A DNA stretch of 64,000 bases from an uncultured Gemmatimonadales bacterium (GCA_963798085.1 CAWCRS010000001.1:64001-128000); one strand, 5' to 3'; positions 1 through 10,674 are shown, counted from the first letter of the stretch. Notes: a model not told the origin generated them from the letters alone. Numbers and translations: made by a program.

Positions 1-371
1 ACCTGCAGGCCGCTGTACACGCCCAGCACAATGGCGTTGTCGGTGCGGTCAATGTTGCGGCGGTCCACTTCGATGCGATCCGGGAACGTTTCCGAGTTCA
101 CGTACTCATCGGTGAACATGCCCTGCGCCACAACTGTGCTGTTATTGAAATTGCCGTTGAATGCGATCTGGAAATCCAGGATGGCGCCGGCCACGCGCGT
201 GGGAATCGCGTCCTTGCCCTGGAGCTGATCGGGCCGCACGACATCGGGATCACTGACTTTCAGAATGTTGTCGCAGCCTGCAAGCGTCACGGCCAGCAGG
301 GAAGCGACGATGCCCGTGCGGCGCAGGCGCAGGATCGCGCGCTGCCCGCTCGTCTTCGGCATACCCGTCAT
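1..371 (-). CDS. SusD/RagB-like outer-membrane lipoprotein (5' part; runs off window)
   Basis: Manual translation from ATG 371: MTGMPKTSGQRAILRLRRTGIVASLLAVTLAGCDNILKVSDPDVV...; LAGC lipobox; GGGGAGG RBS; directly downstream of the SusC-like gene. Confidence 0.85.
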   Translation of the reverse strand, partial: MTGMPKTSGQRAILRLRRTGIVASLLAVTLAGCDNILKVSDPDVVRPDQLQGKDAIPTRVAGAILDFQIAFNGNFNNSTVVAQGMFTDEYVNSETFPDRIEVDRRNIDRTDNAIVLGVYSGLQ

Positions 372-388
372 GGGATGCGTCCTCCCCG

Positions 389-3300
389 TCAGAAGTTGAT
401 GTTGATGCGGGCGGTCCAGTAGCGGACCTGCGGCTGCGTGCCGAACTCGCCCTGCGTGAAGTTGCTGGCGGAACTGGACTCGTTGCCTTCCGGATCCAGG
501 CCCGGGTATTTCGTCCAGGTCCGCAGATTGCGGCCCGCGAGCGTGAGGCTCAGTCCGCTGATGCGGCCGAAGCGCTGCACCCAGGTGCGCGGCGGCGACA
601 GCGTGATCGCCAGTTCGCGCCACTTGATGAAGTCCGCCTTGTGAATCATGCCGGACAGCGAGACCGTGCCCGTGTTGGGATCGCCGAGAATATCCGCAAT
701 GGCGGCCGCCTGGTCCGCCAGCGGCGCCTTCGGATCATCGAAACCGGCGCAGCCGCGGTCACTGGTCAGCACGGAGAAGAGACAGCGGAAATTCTCGTTG
801 TCATCCAGCTGGTACTGCCCCGCGCGACCCTCGAACAGCGCCGACACCCGCAGGAAGTCGAAGATCTGCAGGTCGGTCGAGACCGAGCCCGTGAGCCTGG
901 GCAGCGATGGCCCGATGTAGCTGGCCGTGTCGTCCACACTCACTTCGCCCGGATCCAACAGGCCGTTATGATCCGCATCCTGGAAATGGATGGCCGGCTG
1001 CCAGTAACCGCCGGCCGGGAATCCCGCAATGTGCTTCTGGTTGCCGCGGTTGAAAATGATGGGATCAATGCCGGCGCCCAGCTCGAGGATCCTGTTGCTG
1101 AGCGTGGCGGCCGCGACGCGCACGCTCCAGGAGAGCGGCCGTGATTCGATGACGCGCGCATTGAGGCCCAGCTCGACGCCCTGGTTGCGCACGTTGCCAA
1201 TGTTCTCGAAACGCGTGCCCGATCCGGTGGCCGGATTGGTTTCACCGAGCGATGGCGGCAGATTGCGCGCGATCAGCGCGTCGCGCGTCTCGCGCTGGAA
1301 CACGGTGAACTCGGCCGCCAGCCGCTCGCCCAGCAGACCGGCATCGAAGCCTGCTTCCAGCTCGCGTGTGCGCTCGGGCTTGAGGTCGAGATTGCCCGTG
1401 CCGCCAATCGTGACGCCCGGCTGATCGCCGGTCGGCGTCGCGGCGGTGGCCGGGCTGTAGTACGTGTCCGCCTGGCGGAACTGCGGCCGCTGGCCGGATT
1501 CGCCCACTGCACCGCGCAGGCGCAGCGAGCTGAGGAAGCTCATCTTCGGGAAGAAGGGCTCGTCGCTGATCACCCACGAACCCGTCACGGACGGGTAGTA
1601 GACCAGACCGAAGTCCGAGCCGAACGCGCTATTATCATCGGCCCGCAGCGCACCCGACAGGAAGAGACGGTCATTGAGCGCCACCTGCTCCTGGACGAAG
1701 CCGCCCACCGTGATGACGTCCGAGTTCTGCTCGGCGATCTGGAAGAGCGTGCTGGTACCGCTCAGCGAGCGCGTGCCCGGCGTCAGGCCGAAGCCCTTGC
1801 CGCGCGTCACGCCCAGCCGCTGCTTGTTGTAGTCGAAGCCCGCCGTGCTGCGCGAGACCAGACGGGAACTGAGCTGGAAGGACGCCACGGTGGCGCCATT
1901 GCCCGTGTACTGCAGGTTGGTGCCGCGGCTGTCCTCGGCCCAGCCGTTCACCCACGTCTCCGCAATGGGCGCCACATTGGGATCGAGGATCTGCGCGTCG
2001 TGCAGGCTGAACTGGTCGATGCCGGCCGTGCCATTGACGCTCAACCACGAGAACGGCTGCCAGCTGGCCGTCGCGCTGCCCGTGAAGCGATTGATCCCCT
2101 GCGTGGCGTAGAACTTCTGCGCCGTGACATCCGGCCCGAAGGCGTAGTAGGCGCTGGCCGTGTCCGAGTGATCGAAGTAGGCACGCCCCAGCATGCCGTT
2201 CAGAATCGGACTCAACACGCTGTTATCATTGGAGGGCTGCGAGAAGTTGCTCGCAATGTAGCTGGATGACGCCGACAGCGTCAGGTTGTCCCGCAGCAGC
2301 GTGCGTATGTTGGCACGCAGGTTCACCTTGTCCAGGAAGTTGGAGTCGTAGACGCCGTTCTCCCGCTCCTTGTCCGCGGACAGGAAGTACGTGAGGTTGT
2401 CGCTGCCGCCGCTCATGCTGACGCCGGTCTTGCGCCGGTCCCCGTTGCGGAACGGCGTGAATCCCGACTGGAAGGGATTGAAGCGCGCAATCGAGTCCTG
2501 CGTGCACGCGCCCGACGCCGCCTGGAAGTCGCGGCAGTGGCCCAGGGTACCGTTGCTGCGGCGGAACAGTCCGGCCACGTTGTCCGGCCAGTCCGTCCGT
2601 TCCTGCACCGCGCCGCCTTCCGCGTAGAGGTTCCAGCGCGTCTGTCCCGCACTGCCCCGCTTCGTCTTGATCAGGATCACACCGTTGGATGCCGACGTGC
2701 CGTAAATGCCGCTGGCCGCCGGCCCCTTCAATATCTCGATCGATTCAATGTCATCGAAGTTCAGGTCATTGAGCCGGTTCGGCACCTGCTCCGGCGCACC
2801 CTCCGAGAAGTTCGGATCCATGAAGAGCGTGCCATTGTCGAAACGGATGCCGTCGATGATGATGAGCGGCTCATTGTCGAGGGATATGCTGTTCGCGCCA
2901 CGAATGCGGATGCGCTGGCCGGCACCCGTGGTGCCGCTGATGTTGCGTACTTCCACGCCCGCGACACGACCGGTGATGACATCAGCGGGCCGCGCCAGCA
3001 CGGCCTTGTCCAGCGAGCCCATGTCGATGGAGCCCACCGCATTGCCGATCTCGCGCTTGCGCTCGCGTTCGCCCGTCACCGCGTTCACTACAATGCCGCC
3101 CAGCTCGACCGCGGTTTCCTTCAGCTGGAAATCGACTGTTGTCGTGCTGCCGGATGTGATGGTGACGCTCTGCGACGACTGCGCGTACCCGATGAACGTC
3201 GCCGTCACCGTCTGCGTCCCGGCCGGCACATTGGGAATGCTGTACCGCCCCTTCTGATCCGTAATGGCGCCGCGCTGCGTGCCGGCAATGAAGACCTGCA

Positions 3301-3439
3301 CACTCACCAGTGGCTGATCCGTCCCGGCAATCACGACGCGACCGGCCACCGTCCCACTCCCCTGGGCGCGTGCGCCCGAGGCGCTCGCCAGCGCCAGCAG
3401 CAGTGCGGCGAGACCGTATCGCTGTACCCGAAACCGCAT
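389..3439 (-). CDS. SusC/RagA-family TonB-dependent outer-membrane receptor
   Basis: Signal peptide, N-terminal carboxypeptidase-regulatory-like domain, plug motifs RIRGANS, PLIIIDG and DIESIEILKGPAASGIYG, LKPERTRELEAG, C-terminal Phe (ININF). Confidence 0.95.
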   Translation of the reverse strand: MRFRVQRYGLAALLLALASASGARAQGSGTVAGRVVIAGTDQPLVSVQVFIAGTQRGAITDQKGRYSIPNVPAGTQTVTATFIGYAQSSQSVTITSGSTTTVDFQLKETAVELGGIVVNAVTGERERKREIGNAVGSIDMGSLDKAVLARPADVITGRVAGVEVRNISGTTGAGQRIRIRGANSISLDNEPLIIIDGIRFDNGTLFMDPNFSEGAPEQVPNRLNDLNFDDIESIEILKGPAASGIYGTSASNGVILIKTKRGSAGQTRWNLYAEGGAVQERTDWPDNVAGLFRRSNGTLGHCRDFQAASGACTQDSIARFNPFQSGFTPFRNGDRRKTGVSMSGGSDNLTYFLSADKERENGVYDSNFLDKVNLRANIRTLLRDNLTLSASSSYIASNFSQPSNDNSVLSPILNGMLGRAYFDHSDTASAYYAFGPDVTAQKFYATQGINRFTGSATASWQPFSWLSVNGTAGIDQFSLHDAQILDPNVAPIAETWVNGWAEDSRGTNLQYTGNGATVASFQLSSRLVSRSTAGFDYNKQRLGVTRGKGFGLTPGTRSLSGTSTLFQIAEQNSDVITVGGFVQEQVALNDRLFLSGALRADDNSAFGSDFGLVYYPSVTGSWVISDEPFFPKMSFLSSLRLRGAVGESGQRPQFRQADTYYSPATAATPTGDQPGVTIGGTGNLDLKPERTRELEAGFDAGLLGERLAAEFTVFQRETRDALIARNLPPSLGETNPATGSGTRFENIGNVRNQGVELGLNARVIESRPLSWSVRVAAATLSNRILELGAGIDPIIFNRGNQKHIAGFPAGGYWQPAIHFQDADHNGLLDPGEVSVDDTASYIGPSLPRLTGSVSTDLQIFDFLRVSALFEGRAGQYQLDDNENFRCLFSVLTSDRGCAGFDDPKAPLADQAAAIADILGDPNTGTVSLSGMIHKADFIKWRELAITLSPPRTWVQRFGRISGLSLTLAGRNLRTWTKYPGLDPEGNESSSASNFTQGEFGTQPQVRYWTARININF

Positions 3440-3696
3440 GGATGCTCTCCTTCCGCCGGCAATCCCTGGCCGGCAACGACGTTCTGCTGTCCGTGAACCG
3501 GATCGCCGCGACGCGCGATATGCGCGCAGCGCCGCATGACCCCCATGAACCCCGGCTCACGAGTTAGAACGAGATGCTGACTTCCGTGTTGACGGCGCCG
3601 GTTCGAGTGAGCCGGATCGCGGGACGGAGTCAGGTTCGGTCGGGACGGAATGTGTCACGTGTGGGCGTGTGTCTTACATATAGACAGACGAACGGC

Positions 3697-3861
3697 GTTG
3701 CTGGGGCTGGGGCTCGGGCCCGGTTGCTGGCGAGCGGATACGGATTACGACGGACTGTTGCTGGGGCTCGGGCTCGGGCTGGTTGCTGGCGAACGAATGC
3801 GAATTACGACGGACTGTTGCTGGGGCTCGAGCTGGTTCTTGGCGAACGGATACTTTACGGA
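3697..3861. repeat. Three imperfect ~60-bp tandem repeats (GTTGCTGGGGCTCGGGCT...GGTTGCTGGCGA...TTACGACGGACT)
   Basis: Units start at 3697, 3757 and 3816; a partial inverted copy lies at 4045-4070. Confidence 0.85.
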
Positions 3862-4099
3862 AAGAAAGGCATGCGGCTCGCCGCGTATCGGCCGGGGCGA
3901 ACGGCAATGGAGCGGCGTTCATCTCCGGCCCGGACGCATGCCTCCAAACACCGAGTTTGTCCGACACAGGTGGCACTGCCATTCGCCCCGGCAACCGGCC
4001 AGCCAGTGGCAGCACCGTACTCGGTTGCAGTTCAATCCATTCCCGGCAACCAGCCCGAGCCCCAGCCCCGGAAACGCAGTACCGGTTTCCGCACCGGCT

Positions 4100-5248
4100 T
4101 CAGCTCAGATTCTTGTGACAGGAACGGCACTCGGTAGGCGCTTTCCAGACGTGCGCCTTGTGGCACTCAATGCACTTGCCGGCAATGGGATGGTTCAGGC
4201 CCTTGTGGTAGGCGGTCAATGTCTCCGCGCTGGAGTGACAGCCGGCTTTCGTGCAGGAGCGGATCGCGGCGGCGGGTGTGGTCTGCGTGTGCGGATTGTG
4301 GCAGTCGCCGCAGACGCCTTTGTGCGGATCCTTGTCGGGCTCGAAGTTGGCCAGCACGCGCCTCATGTCATGACAGTCGAGACAGCCCTGGAACGTGGGC
4401 ACGAGGCCCTGCTTCGCCAGGCGAAGGCTGTCGGCTTCGTTGATCGGCTTGGTGAACTTGTGGCAGGCCAGACAGTGGAACGACGTCGTGGAATCTGCCA
4501 TGGCGCCCAGCACCATCTGCGTGCTCTGCGGCTTGTGACAGCCGGTCTGGCCGCACGTCTTGTCCGCCGGCACGAACTTGTGCACTTCGACGCCGTGACA
4601 GGTCACGCACTTCACATCCTTGAGCGCGCTCGAGTCCAATGTCAGGTGTACCTTGTGACCCGCGGTCGCGGAAATGCGCTGCCACGTGCTGTCCTTGTCC
4701 TGGACAATGTGGCACTTCACGCACACTTCGTTAGCCACCTTGGCGTGCGGCCCAATGTCCTGCGGCCGGTCCAGCACCCACAGATAAACCTGTCGCAGGC
4801 TGGCGTAGAGCGGCTGCTGGTGGCAGTCGTGACACTTGCGCCTGGAATGCTCGCTGTTGAGGAAGCGCGTGTAGGCCACATCCATGACGTGGCAGGCCTG
4901 GCAGAAATCGTTCTCGTGCTGCGTGTAGTTGAAGCTGATCACACCAAAGACGCCGCCTGACACGGCGACCAGCAGCACGCCCACTGCCAGCCCCGCCTTC
5001 ACGCCCGTGGGCCGCGTCTTGAGCCACGTCCAAATGGCAATGCGGCGCTTCCACAGAAACCATACGATGATTCCCGCGACCGCCAGCCCCAGGACGAGGC
5101 CGGCGATCTGGATCCACTGCGGCACCTGGAAGAACCAGCGGATCGCGGCCGCCACCCCGCCGGGCAGCGGCGGCGGCGGCAGCTGCTGCGACAGCTGTTG
5201 TGCGCCGAGCGCGGGCGCCTTGACCACCGTGTTTCCTCCGATTGTCAT
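4100..5248 (-). CDS. Membrane-anchored multihaem cytochrome c (NapC/NirT-like N-terminus), about 11 haems
   Basis: Two N-terminal hydrophobic helices; nine CxxCH motifs plus two CxxxxCH (CGQTGCH, CTKAGCH); start uncertain (ATG 5248 chosen). Confidence 0.9.
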   Translation of the reverse strand: MTIGGNTVVKAPALGAQQLSQQLPPPPLPGGVAAAIRWFFQVPQWIQIAGLVLGLAVAGIIVWFLWKRRIAIWTWLKTRPTGVKAGLAVGVLLVAVSGGVFGVISFNYTQHENDFCQACHVMDVAYTRFLNSEHSRRKCHDCHQQPLYASLRQVYLWVLDRPQDIGPHAKVANEVCVKCHIVQDKDSTWQRISATAGHKVHLTLDSSALKDVKCVTCHGVEVHKFVPADKTCGQTGCHKPQSTQMVLGAMADSTTSFHCLACHKFTKPINEADSLRLAKQGLVPTFQGCLDCHDMRRVLANFEPDKDPHKGVCGDCHNPHTQTTPAAAIRSCTKAGCHSSAETLTAYHKGLNHPIAGKCIECHKAHVWKAPTECRSCHKNLS

Positions 5249-5487
5249 CACCGCGCGCAACGAGCGAGGGTGTACCCCGGCGTCCGGGCGGGCAGGAGCG
5301 CGCCGGCCGGACTCCGTACTACTGCGTACCGGCCTAATCTCGGTTGAGCGACATCGCGCGGCGGTAGGAGATCGCGCGACACCATGGTAGGGGAAACCCG
5401 GACACCGCCGACGGCAGTACGGTCGTCGGCATGGCCGGGCCGCCGGCCGGAATCCGCAGTCAGGAGAGAGCGCCAGCCAGAGGGGAC

Positions 5488-6285
5488 ATGAGCGAATCGG
5501 AGCGGGGGCAGGTCACGCGCAGTGCTGCGGACATCTACAATGCGTTCTTCGTGCCCGCGCTGTTCAGCGAGTGGGCGCCTCGCGTCGCGCGTGCGGCCGA
5601 GATTACGCCGGGCCAGCACGTGCTCAATGTGGGTTGCGGCACCGGCGTCCTCGCCCGCCACGCGGCGACGCTCGCGGGCGCGCGCGGCCGGGTCGTGGGC
5701 CTCGATGTCAACCCCGGCATGCTGGCGGTCGCAGCGCGGGCGCGCCCGGCGCTCGAGTGGCGCCAGGGCGAGGCGGAATCGCTGCCGTTCACGGACGGCG
5801 AGTTCAATGCAGTGGTGTGTCAGTTCGCGCTGATGTTCCTGGGCGACCGTAAAGCCGCGTTAGAAGAGATGGCCCGGGTGACGAGGCGGGGCGGCCGCCT
5901 CGCCCTTGCCGTCTGGGCCGGCCTCGACGACAACCCGGGCTACACCGCCGTCGCGCGGCTGCTGCACGCGCTGTTCGGGCCCGCCGCCGCGGCCGCGGTG
6001 GAAGCGCCGTTCGCGCTGGGTGACGTCGCGGCGCTGCGCGCGCGGTTCGCGGACGCCGGCCTGCCCGACGTGCGCATCGAGACGGTCACCGGCGCGGCGC
6101 GCTTCCCCTCGATCGAGTCGTGGATGCACACGGAGATCCGCGGCTGGACCCTGGCCGACCGGATCGATGACGCACAGTTCGCCGCACTGCTGGCCGCCGC
6201 GCACACCGAGCTGCAGCCGTTCTGCCGGCCGGATGGTCGCGTCGCCTTTGCCATGCCTGCGCACATCGTGAGCGCGACGCTCTGA
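5488..6285 (+). CDS. Class I SAM-dependent methyltransferase
   Basis: VLNVGCGTG motif I, GLDVNPGML, AESLPF; RBS AGGGG before ATG 5488. Confidence 0.9.
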   Translation: MSESERGQVTRSAADIYNAFFVPALFSEWAPRVARAAEITPGQHVLNVGCGTGVLARHAATLAGARGRVVGLDVNPGMLAVAARARPALEWRQGEAESLPFTDGEFNAVVCQFALMFLGDRKAALEEMARVTRRGGRLALAVWAGLDDNPGYTAVARLLHALFGPAAAAAVEAPFALGDVAALRARFADAGLPDVRIETVTGAARFPSIESWMHTEIRGWTLADRIDDAQFAALLAAAHTELQPFCRPDGRVAFAMPAHIVSATL

Positions 6286-6326
6286 GGCGGACTACGGCAC
6301 CGGTATCCGGCGGCGGATCCGCCTCA
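6283..6326. terminator. Possible hairpin between convergent genes
   Basis: TGAGGCGGA (6283-6291) pairs with TCCGCCTCA (6318-6326); long loop and no U-tract. Confidence 0.3.
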
Positions 6327-6370
6327 CGTTCGGGCAGCAGCAGAGCGCGCATCCCCGGCTGACAGCGTTG

Positions 6371-6964
6371 TCAGGTGGCGTTCCGTGACCCGCGCTGATT
6401 TCGCTGCACCTGATAACACAGCTCTACCACGCCGTTCCGGCAGGCGTTGACCTCAGTGAGATGCAGCGCAATGTCGCGGTCGAGCCTGCCGAAGAAGGGG
6501 ATGCCATGGCCGATCAGGACCGGCAGGATGGAATAGCGGACTTCGTCGGCCAGGCCGAGACGGAGGCATGCGCCGGATACCGCACCACCTCCCACGAACC
6601 AGATGCTGCGGAACGTGGGGCGCAGGCGGCCGTTCACGAACTGCGCGAGGTCGCCTGAATGGAACTCGACGGTGTCGCGGGTCCGTGGCAGCTGGCGGCT
6701 GGTGAGGACGAACGTCGGTTTGGCGCCGTACAACCAGCCCAGCCCCCGGGCCTCGAAACCAAGCGCGGTCTCATAGGTTCGCGATCCCATGACGTAGCAG
6801 TCGATCGTCGCGAGGAACGCCCCGACAGCCGCCGCATCCATGGTGCTCCCGCCCGCGAATTCGTCCGAAGTTTCGAGCCAGTCGACACTCCCGTCCTGCC
6901 GCGCGATGAAGCCGTCGAGGCTCGCCGCCATGTGGATCGTGACGCGAGAATCAGCAGTCGCCAT
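6371..6964 (-). CDS. Dihydrofolate reductase / RibD C-terminal family protein
   Basis: MAASLDGFIA, MGSRTYE, VGGG, LPVLIGHGIPFF. Confidence 0.9.
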   Translation of the reverse strand: MATADSRVTIHMAASLDGFIARQDGSVDWLETSDEFAGGSTMDAAAVGAFLATIDCYVMGSRTYETALGFEARGLGWLYGAKPTFVLTSRQLPRTRDTVEFHSGDLAQFVNGRLRPTFRSIWFVGGGAVSGACLRLGLADEVRYSILPVLIGHGIPFFGRLDRDIALHLTEVNACRNGVVELCYQVQRNQRGSRNAT

Positions 6965-7015
6965 GATTCATCCGTGCTTCGAGGCGTGCATGGCGCGACG
7001 CAGGCCTGACTCGCA

Positions 7016-7729
7016 TCACGCCGGCCTCCCAGGCGCTTCCTCGCGATACATCTCGAGCCGGTTCGCCAGCTCTTCCGGATGGCCCAGCGCCGGGAGGTGA
7101 CCGCTATCCATCTCGTCCGGCACAATGCCAAGCCGATCTTCCACGATGCGGCGCAGGAAGGCGGGCGGGAAGAAGCGATCCTTCGTGCACAGCAGGAACG
7201 TGGTCGGCACCGCGGGCCACGCGTCGAGTGGCCACACCTCCTCGAACGGTCTGCGCGACTGGTAGCGCTCCCCGCGTGCCATGGCCTCGGCGACGACGTT
7301 GCGCGGCACGTCGTGGAAGAAATCCGCCATCACATCGAAGCCGCCGCCCGGGCGACCCTGGCGCGCGAGCTCCTCCGCGCGGGCCTGCTCCCAGCCCGTG
7401 TGCGACCACCAGTCGCCGAGTCGCTCGCGCGGCAGCGGTATCATGGCGGCGACGAGCACGAGCAGACTGGCCGGGAGCCGCGCACACACGAGCGGCGCCG
7501 TGAAGCCGCCCATCGACTGGCCGACCACAATAATCTGCATCTGCCCGCGCGCCAGGTCGCCGACCGCCTCCAACACCGCGTTAGTGTACGCATCAATGCC
7601 GGCCGCGTCGGAATCAATGGGCAGGTCCGGCGCCACCACCGCATGGCCGCGGGCCTCCAGCAGCGGCACGACGCGGTGCCAGTACCACGAGTCCGTGGAC
7701 GCGCCATGGATCAGGATATACAGTGCCAT
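7016..7729 (-). CDS. Alpha/beta-fold hydrolase
   Basis: LIHGA, GQSMGG nucleophile elbow, D in KDRFF, H in SGHLP. Confidence 0.9.
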   Translation of the reverse strand: MALYILIHGASTDSWYWHRVVPLLEARGHAVVAPDLPIDSDAAGIDAYTNAVLEAVGDLARGQMQIIVVGQSMGGFTAPLVCARLPASLLVLVAAMIPLPRERLGDWWSHTGWEQARAEELARQGRPGGGFDVMADFFHDVPRNVVAEAMARGERYQSRRPFEEVWPLDAWPAVPTTFLLCTKDRFFPPAFLRRIVEDRLGIVPDEMDSGHLPALGHPEELANRLEMYREEAPGRPA

Positions 7730-7817
7730 CAGACGCGTCTCCCCAGCGTCACCCTCGGCATTGCCAGACGGGAGTGAGCGTTCGGACGTAGTCCGCTCTT
7801 GCGAGTGTCGGAGTCGG

Positions 7818-8660
7818 CTATCGTTGCGGTCGCTCGCCGCGAACCGTGACGCGATAGCCGGACCGTACCTGCGGGAAGTAGTCCCACACCGCGTAGTGCT
7901 GCGTGCAGCGGTTGTCCCAGAACGCGATGGAGTTCCGTTCCCAGTGGAAGCGGCACTGGAACTGCGGGTTCTTCACGTGATCGAACAGGAAGTCGAGGAT
8001 CGCGTCGCTTTCCGCGGCCGGCAATCCGACGATGCGCGTGGTGAACATCGAGTTTACGTACAGGCACTTGCGGGCGGACACGGGATGCGTGCGCACGACC
8101 GGATGCGTGGCCCGCGGATACGTGCGGCCGCCATCCTCGCGCCCGAGAATCGCATTGACGCCGCGGTAGTAGGGCGCGCCGTCGTGAACCGCGTCCAGCC
8201 GGTCGAGCATCGCCTTCAGCGGCTGGGACAGCGCATCATACGCGGCGTACATGCTGGCGAACATCGTGTCACCGCCGCTCCCGGGCACGACGAACATGCG
8301 CAGGATCGAGCCCATGGGCGGCTCTTCCGCGCACGACACGTCGGAATGCCACATCTCGCCGGCCACGCGCTTCGACTTCTCATCCGCATGGATGATCATG
8401 ACCTCCGGATGGCCCTGGAGCCCGGGATCGTTCGGATGAATATCGAGCGTGCCGAAGCGGGCGCCGAACGCCTTGTGCGCCTCGACGCTGATGTCCTGAT
8501 CGCGGAAGAACACGACCTGGTGCCGGGTCAGCGCAGCGCGGATCGCCTCGAACTGCGTGTCCGAGAGATCCTCCAGATCGACGCCCAGGATCTCGGCACC
8601 AATGGTGGGCGTGACGGCTCGGATCGTCAGGCCGGATGCGCGCGTTTCGCTGTCGATCAC
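7818..8660 (-). CDS. TauD/TfdA-family 2-oxoglutarate-dependent dioxygenase
   Basis: IGAEILGVDL, WHSD (HxD), GGDTMF, HPVVRTHP, WDNRCTQH; GTG 8660 with AGGAGG RBS. Confidence 0.92.
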   Translation of the reverse strand: MIDSETRASGLTIRAVTPTIGAEILGVDLEDLSDTQFEAIRAALTRHQVVFFRDQDISVEAHKAFGARFGTLDIHPNDPGLQGHPEVMIIHADEKSKRVAGEMWHSDVSCAEEPPMGSILRMFVVPGSGGDTMFASMYAAYDALSQPLKAMLDRLDAVHDGAPYYRGVNAILGREDGGRTYPRATHPVVRTHPVSARKCLYVNSMFTTRIVGLPAAESDAILDFLFDHVKNPQFQCRFHWERNSIAFWDNRCTQHYAVWDYFPQVRSGYRVTVRGERPQR

Positions 8661-8893
8661 AGGACCTCCTGGCCGTCCGCGTGTGAGATCGCGCGTGCCA
8701 CAAGCAATGCATAGCATACTGCCAGCCGGCCGGACACGATACGCCGGCATGCAGCGAGCGCAACGATTTGTGTGGCGCCTGGTCCGCCGGCACGATCTGT
8801 TCCGCTGCGCACTCGGATTTGAACGCCACCGGGGGAGGCCGGGAATGATCCGCGGAGCTCGATCGTGACACCACGCTCGGCGCGGATGACGCC

Positions 8894-9815
8894 ATGAACC
8901 CGGACCGGTACCGCACACCGCTGCTCGACGTGAGCGCGGAACTGCAGCGTCGCCTGGCCGCCGAACCGGCGGTCGCTGCCATCACGCTGGCTGATGGCAT
9001 GCCCGGCATGAGCCGCCACCTGGCGCAGCTGGAGCTGCAGCGCGCCAGCGAGCCGCCGCATCTGGTCGACACGAACGTGGATGGCAAGAGAGCCTGGCTC
9101 GCGTTCGTGGACACCGGCTTCTTCGGCGCGTTCCGCCTGCCGCTCGTCGCCGGTCGAGGCTTTGCGGAGAGCGACGCGCGGGCGAGGAATGTCGTGGTCG
9201 TCAATGAAACGCTCGCGCAGCATGGGCGGCAATGTCCTGGGCGTGCGTCTGCGCTACGCGCCGCAGGGTGCAGGGCAGGCGGGTCCGGGGTACGAGGTGG
9301 TGGGCATCGTGCGCGAAGCGAGTGTCGTCCCCGCGGACCGGGATTTCCTGTACCATCCCGCTTCCGCGGCGAATCTGTCTCCCCTGGTCGTCGGCATGCA
9401 TGTGCGAGGCAGCCCGGTCGCGTTCGAGCCCCGCCTGCGTGAGCTGGCGAAGCAGGTTGATCCCGGCCTCCGCCTGTACGACCTGCTGCCCCTCGACGAA
9501 GTGATGCGCCGCCACAATGCCTAATGCCGCCCCCGCGATGACCGCCGTGTTCGCAATCGTGCTGCTGCTGAGTGTGCTCTCCGCCGCCGCGCTCTATTCG
9601 CTGGTCTCTGTCGCCGTGACCCGTCGCACCCGCGAGATCGGCATCCGCCTCGCCATTGGCGCGAGTCCGCGGGATGTGCTGACAGCGCTGTTCGGGCGCG
9701 TGGCGGCGCAGGTGGGGATCGGGCTGGTGCTGGGGGATGCGCTGCTGCCGCCTGTCATGCACGCGCTCGGGCAGTCCGAACTGCGGGTTAGCGAAGTAGT
9801 GCCTGTGATGCTGGC
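8894..9815 (+). pseudogene. Truncated, doubly frameshifted MacB/FtsX (ADOP-type) ABC permease remnant
   Basis: Permease motifs spread over three frames: VDTGFF..LVAGRGF..VVVVNETLA, then YEVVGIV...VDPGLRL, then LYSLVSVAVTRRTREIGIRLAIGA; shifts near 9220 and 9520. Confidence 0.85.
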
Positions 9816-10611
9816 CGCCCGCCGGCGACATCCCGGGAGCTTCGTTGCCGCCTGCCTGGTTGTCGCCTGCTCAGGGGCGGAGCCGACCACGCCGATCCAG
9901 AAGATCGATCCCGTACCTGCGTCCATTTCGCTGTCGGAAACAAGCCTCAGCTTCGCCTGGCTCGGAGAAGGGAGGGAGATCGCCGCCACGGTCAAGGATC
10001 AGGATGGCCGCGTTCTCGGCCTCGAGATCACGTGGACTTCGACGGACACGGCAGTGGCGACGGTGTCGAACAAGGGCACCGTGCTTGCCTGGAGCAATGG
10101 CGCGGCGGAGATCGTGGCTTCGACGTCGTCGCTCTCCGCTCGCATCCCGGTATCAGTGCAGCAGGCGCCGGCAGTATCCCGGGACGCGCGAGCAATGGCC
10201 GCCGTATCGGATCGCCGTGGACTGGATCAAGTGCAACTATAACTTTTCGTTAGGGACGGCGGTCATGAACTCGGGCATACCTTCGGCTTGCCGCACCCGG
10301 CCGATTTTCAGTGTGCGGGTCTCGCGGAAGTGCTGGTCATGCAGAGCCAGTGGAACACGGATCTGGCGAGCGAAGGCTTTTTCAGACGACCCGCAGGCTT
10401 CACGGGCAACAACATCGGCATCATGAAATCGTGGGATCCCGTTGCCGGCCGGCCCACGGATCCGACGCAGGGCTACGCCGCCGGAATCGGTACGACGAGC
10501 CGGCCCAACGGCAAATTCCACAGCGAGCCGGAGATCCTTCTGGACAATCCGCACTTCATCAGCGGAGCACCGTCCGTGCTTCTGCGCGGCAGAAACCGGG
10601 GAAGTCGATAA
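9816..10611 (+). pseudogene. Decayed lipoprotein gene with Ig-like (Big_2) domain, fused in frame to the permease remnant
   Basis: LVVAC-S lipobox-like, ATVKDQDG..ITWTSTDTAVATVSNKGTV..G.AEIVA; coding-like sequence appears to continue in other frames to ~10611. Confidence 0.55.
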
Positions 10612-10674
10612 CAGTCGTCTGTGCTGCGCACAGACTTCCCCCGCGCATGGACCGCGGGCGGGTCGCGTCGCGTT

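Noticed and set aside
3697..3861. CRISPR array
   Set aside because: Whole units are similar to each other, with no unique spacers and no cas genes
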